Shown here in pieces: positions 59,084 to 64,000 of a DNA stretch of 64,000 bases. Positions within the stretch are counted from its first letter, which is position 1; each line of letters starts with the position of its first letter. Source of the stretch: Salpingoeca rosetta. Lineage: Eukaryota; Protista; Choanoflagellata. The notes beneath the pieces were generated by a model. It did no database searches. It saw only the letters and a list, made by a program, of their open reading frames with translations, and was not told the DNA's origin. The stretch lies in the NCBI GenBank assembly GCA_033442325.1, contig JAWQFM010000005.1, forward strand, positions 250,564 to 314,563. Reading direction: 5' to 3'. The translations under genes were made by a program, and so were the position numbers.

Positions 59084-61113
59084 CGATGACGGCGATGGTG
59101 ATGGGGATGGGGATGGTGACCAGACGTCCCCGAAACGCAAGTCGCCCATCCGTCAGCTTTCAGATGGGGCGGCACGGCTGTGGTCTCCGTTCAAGCGGAA
59201 GCGACGAACCCAGTCCAAAGACAGTGACACTTCTGATGTTGTCAGCCCTATCAAAACACAGACGCGCCAGCCATCTTCTGGGACAGCGAGCGTACAGAGC
59301 CTGGGAGAGACCGGCAGTCCCAGGAACAGATCCCCGTCCCCACAACACAACGACAGCAAGACGGACCGCAAGCTGTTGCTTGCAGGCAGGACCCACCGCA
59401 GCCAGTTTGCAATGGAGGCCCTGAGGCGAACACCGACCATTTTCGAAGAAGATGAAGACGACGAGGACGAAGAGGAGGACAAGGTTAAAGAAACAGGCGC
59501 AACAGCACAGAGGAGAATAGATCAACTGTCTGGGTTCGGTCAAAACCACAGCACCCAACAAACCACATCTCCCCCGCCATTCCGCCGGCAGCCCGCAGAG
59601 CAGCACGATGACGTACCAGATGCAGGAGAAGGGAACCCGACACTGGGTGCTTCTCGCTCGTCATCCGCATCATCAGCATCATCCTCATCGTCGTCGTCAT
59701 CAACGACATCAGATCAACCCAAGCAGAGAGACCGCAGCGACTCGCAGGTGCCGACGAAGACAAACCTCATGCACTGCAAGGACGCGCCCGTGTACATTGC
59801 GCTCGCATGCTGCTTCATCGATGACGCCATGCACGGAAGGTGTGTATGCATGTTTGCTTATGTATGTGTGTTTGTTTGTTTGTTTGTGTATGATCTGTGT
59901 ATGATCTGTGTCTGTGTCTGTGTCTGTGTTTGTGTCTCTACTTGTGTCTATGTCTAACTGTCCGTTTGCTGTATGCTCGCCTCACTGTTTTCCCTCTCCT
60001 CCACATGAAAGGCTGGCCAACGGCAAGAACAAGATGTATTTTGAGAAGTGGCTGGTACAACGCATCTTTCTCGTTCACACATCTCAGGTATGTACGAACA
60101 CGGCTCGTGTCTCCTTGTTTGGTGACTTGCTGGCATCAGCGCAACGTGTGCTGTGAGTTGCCGCGCCGACTTTAATGCATGCAAGCAAAGAACACGCTTG
60201 TTGAAACTTGTCTTCAACGCAACGCTGCTCACACGTGAATTCACAAACACGTGCGCACATGGCATTCCGCCGCAGTTGTGGCTGCACTTTGTGTACGCTG
60301 TGGCCATACTGCTTGCCACGCTGACGTTCTTTGAGCCGCCATCTGCGGACTCCTTCAAACCCTGGACCCTTGGCCTGGAGTTCTTCTGCATCATGGTTGG
60401 TTTGGGTGTGGGTGTGTTTGCATGCATGTGTTTGTTTGTTTGTGTTTGTGTGTATGTGTTTGTATGTACATGTGCATTGACGTTGGCTCAATTTACAACA
60501 CGCGCACGTCACGCATACCACCCCTTCTCCCCGTTCTCACTGCTTCCTCACGCGACTGTCAGGTGTTCATCACGGATATTGGCATGAAGATGTACTACAT
60601 GGGAGCAATGGCGTACTGGTCAAAGAACTGGCACAAGTGCGTTTCCCTTGCTGGTCCTGCTGTGCTTCGCATTGCGCTTGAATGACAAGGCTTAGTGTGC
60701 TTTCGACTGTTGTACGTACACGGCATATCATTCATTCATGCATGCTGTGCTATTCACGACACAACGTTCACAACCCCACACTCTTCCTTCCTGCCGCCCC
60801 CCTCTCCAACCCATGCCACAGAATGCAAATTGTGTTTGTGTGTCTGTTTCTTCTGGACGCGGTGATATTCTCCATCACCGGAAACACAATCCGCTTCAGC
60901 CGCTTTGTCCGGCCGGCTATCCTTCTTGGGCGCCACCGCGAACTCAGACACACCTATTTCATCATCAGCGCCATGCTCCCGCGCTTGGCCAAGGTGTTCA
61001 CCATGATGTTTGCCTTCATCGGCCTCTTTGGCATCATTGGCATTCACATCTTCGCTGAAGAGTACACGGGCGTCTCCAACGACGAGGAAATCTCCCAGCT
61101 GGAGGTCTGTCCT

Positions 61114-61170
<57 letters not shown>

Positions 61171-62601
61171 CGTGCGTGAGTGTGTGTGTGGGGGGGGGGT
61201 GCGGGAGTGTGTGTATGTGTGTGTGTGTGTGTGTATGTGTGTGTGGAAATATGTGTCTGAGTGAGTGAGTAAGTTCGTGTGTGTGTATCTGTCTGTGTGC
61301 GTCTTGTGTCTTGGTGTTATGCACACGTGGGCAATGTGTGGGTCCTCTTCCTCTATCCCCTCTGCACACGGTTGCACTTGTCCTGCGTGCTTTTGCAACC
61401 TGCAATCAGCTTCCCCCCCCCCACACACACACACCCTTGTCGCTCTTCCCCGACCGTTACATCTTCAGGGCACCTTTGACAACTTCCTGCGGGCGTTTCT
61501 GCGGCTGTTTGTTCTCTTCACAACGGAGAATTACCCGTATGTGGTTGTGCCCGCATATCAGAGGGACTCCGCCACGTTCATCTTCTTCTTTGCGTTTGTG
61601 TACGCGGGCGTCTTCTTCCTCACGGCCATGCTGCTCGGTTTGGTGAGTGAATGTGTGTGTGTGTGTGTGTCTGTGTGTGTCTGTGTGTGTCTGTGTGTGT
61701 CTGTGCGTGTGTTCGTTTATGCAGTCCTCATTGCCGTGTGCTCCCTACGCGCTGTTGCTGCTGGCAGTATTCCCTGTGGGTGCGCGTTCGTGTGCGTGTA
61801 GCAACACTCCAGCTCCATGTGCCCATGCCTTGTTTGAAATACACACCACCTTCATCCCTCTCACCACCAAGAGCGGCTGCTGTCCTGCTGTCTTTGCTTG
61901 TGCGAGCAGGTTGTGAGCACGTACTTTGACTACACAGCCAAGCAGATCCACGCAGAGAGAAAGAAGGAGTGGCGTGGTCTCATGCGCGCGTTTGCTCTCC
62001 TTGACCCTGATGGTGAGTGACAACATGCGTGGCAACACCCTTCCACACGTCGCATGCTGTTCGTGCTTCAATGAGCGACCGAAAAAACACCCATTGACCA
62101 TTGTGCGTGGGAGCTGTTGTTGCCTGTTTGCTATGAGACGTGCCTGAGCACGTGCACGCACATGTGAGTTTGTATCAGTGTACCTGAAGTCTTGCTACGC
62201 GTCTCACGCATGTTCGCGCCGTCTGTCATTGCACGCCTCACCACCACCACCACCACCCCGACAATGCATGATGATGATGACGATGGTAATTCCAATGTCG
62301 CCCGCCCCACGCTTACCAGGCAACGGATATGTGACGCTGTCGACGTGGTTTCTGCTCATGCGATATCTGCGGCCCGACATTGATCGAAAGCAGGCAAAGT
62401 TCTTCTTCGAACTCCTCGACCGCGACGGCAACAACAGAGTGAGCTGCAGTGACAGTCCTTGTGTGTATGTGTATGTGTGTATGTGTGTATGTGTGTGTGA
62501 ATGTGTACGTACGTGTGTGTGTGTGCATGTGTGTGTGAATGCGTGTGTGTGTGTGCGTGTGTGTGTGTGTGTGCGTGTGTGTGTGTGCATGTGTGTGTGA
62601 A

Positions 62602-62669
<68 letters not shown>

Positions 62670-63106
62670 GCTTTAGTCCAGAAAAGCACTCTGCCATCAA
62701 GCTGCTTGCTGTGATGTTGCCACGCGTCACACCGCAATTGCTTTCTGACTTCAACCTCCCAATACCCCAAACTCCCCATGATGTGCCGTACACCCGATAG
62801 CTCGACTGTTTCGACTTCCTTGACCTGCGAGAAATCATGCTGCTGAAGATCCGGCCGACGCCGGCAAGCGAACTCAACACCACAATGCAGCGGCGACAGT
62901 GGACGCGGTTTCGCATTCTCGCCTTTAACATCACAACGTCGAGTTGGTTCCATCCCGCCATCCTCGCTGCCCTGGCAATCAACGCCCTGGTTGCGTGTGT
63001 GTATCACGTGAGCATCACGCAGACAGAGCTTGCTGCCTTGCAGAGCGTTCACGTCGTCTTTGCTCTTGTCTTTGTCGCCGAAATCGTCCTCACGGTCCGT
63101 ACTCAA

Positions 63107-63150
<44 letters not shown>

Positions 63151-63885
63151 TGTATTGCTGTTGTGTGACATGACGCATGCGAGGGCGGTGAGAACCGCAC
63201 ACGCGTGCACCTGTTGTGCCAAAGTTTCTCGCCTTTCATCACATTCAACACACATTCACACACACACACACACGTTGTAGATTGTGTCGGAGGACTGGTA
63301 CACGTATATTGCATCCAAGTGGAACGTTGCCGACTTGTTCATCATTCCCAGCGCACTGCTGTGCCACTGCCTGTCGTTTGTGAGCTTCGAATGGGGGCAC
63401 TTCTTCACCCTCGCTGGCAACTGCTTGCTGTTTGTGCGGCTGCTGTGGGTGAGCCGAGACGCGCGCTTCGGGCTTGTTCTCATCTGGAACATCATCGAGG
63501 CTGTGCTCCACCTCTCCTACATCATGGCTGTCGTCATGTATCTGTTTGGCGTCGCGGGCACAGAACTCTTTCACGGATACACGCCTGGTGAGCCAACACC
63601 CAACATGCTCGTGGTGACGGGGAAGAAGCTGCATATGTGACTGACCGCAGTCATTGCTGTCGACCTGCCGGTTGCCTGCAAGCAAACATGACACATGTTT
63701 CTTCGTTTCATACGTCTCACACATGTGCACAACATCACATGACGCCGCCCTTTTTTTCTTTTGCACGCGGCGTTTTCACGCGCAGCCGACCCTACAACTG
63801 CGTACTATTTCGATTTCGGGTGTAACATGGGGTTTCGGTCCATGGGCTGTGCATGCTTCACCCTCTTCCAAGTCATGACCACCAG
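57972..63885 (+). CDS. Two-pore channel (TPC/TPC-related) with ~600-aa disordered N-terminus and EF-hand linker; continues past the window end
   Basis: [15 protein letters not shown] (TPC N-terminal helix), domain I S4 [13 protein letters not shown], pore [24 protein letters not shown]-hands [12 protein letters not shown] and DRDGNNRLDCFD, domain II S1-S5 and pore [20 protein letters not shown]. Confidence 0.92.
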
Positions 63886-64000
63886 GTGCGTTTGCTCGTT
63901 TGCTTGTTTTCTCGTTGGCAAGTGTGCAGTAACCTGCAATGGAAGGTTTGCCCGTGCCTGCCACCCATCTACAATGAACATGATACCTGACACTGTGTTG

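Overview
Intron-rich eukaryotic genomic DNA. Its GC-rich exons, (CA)n/(GT)n-packed introns and holozoan gene content point to a choanoflagellate, probably Salpingoeca rosetta (inference). I reconstruct 16 protein-coding genes by manual splicing: a WDR26/GID7-like WD40 protein (5' partial), a secreted ~23-exon Cys-repeat protein, glutathione reductase, a GoLoco+SH2 protein, an atypical PPP phosphatase, a MAJIN-domain protein, an intronless HMG-box transcription factor, a coiled-coil/PDZ protein, TFB5/GTF2H5, PSMA6, eIF2A, a GhrA-like 2-hydroxyacid dehydrogenase, an SDS3/BRMS1-like protein, RACGAP1/CYK-4, an orphan ORF and a two-pore channel (3' partial). There are four assembly gaps and no supported RNA genes, transposons or CRISPR arrays. 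The top finding is a gene visible only after splicing, whose N-terminal domain aligns almost gaplessly to MAJIN. MAJIN belongs to the TERB1-TERB2-MAJIN meiotic telomere-attachment complex, usually regarded as animal-specific. The gene sits head-to-head with the HMG-box factor and downstream of an E2F/MYB/CHR-like motif cluster. Other points of interest are the GoLoco-SH2 fusion, a CDE/CHR element before RACGAP1, a TPC with an acidic filter and EF-hands, and near-perfect strand alternation of genes. Exon boundaries were read by eye and reference protein sequences were recalled from memory, so both need checking.
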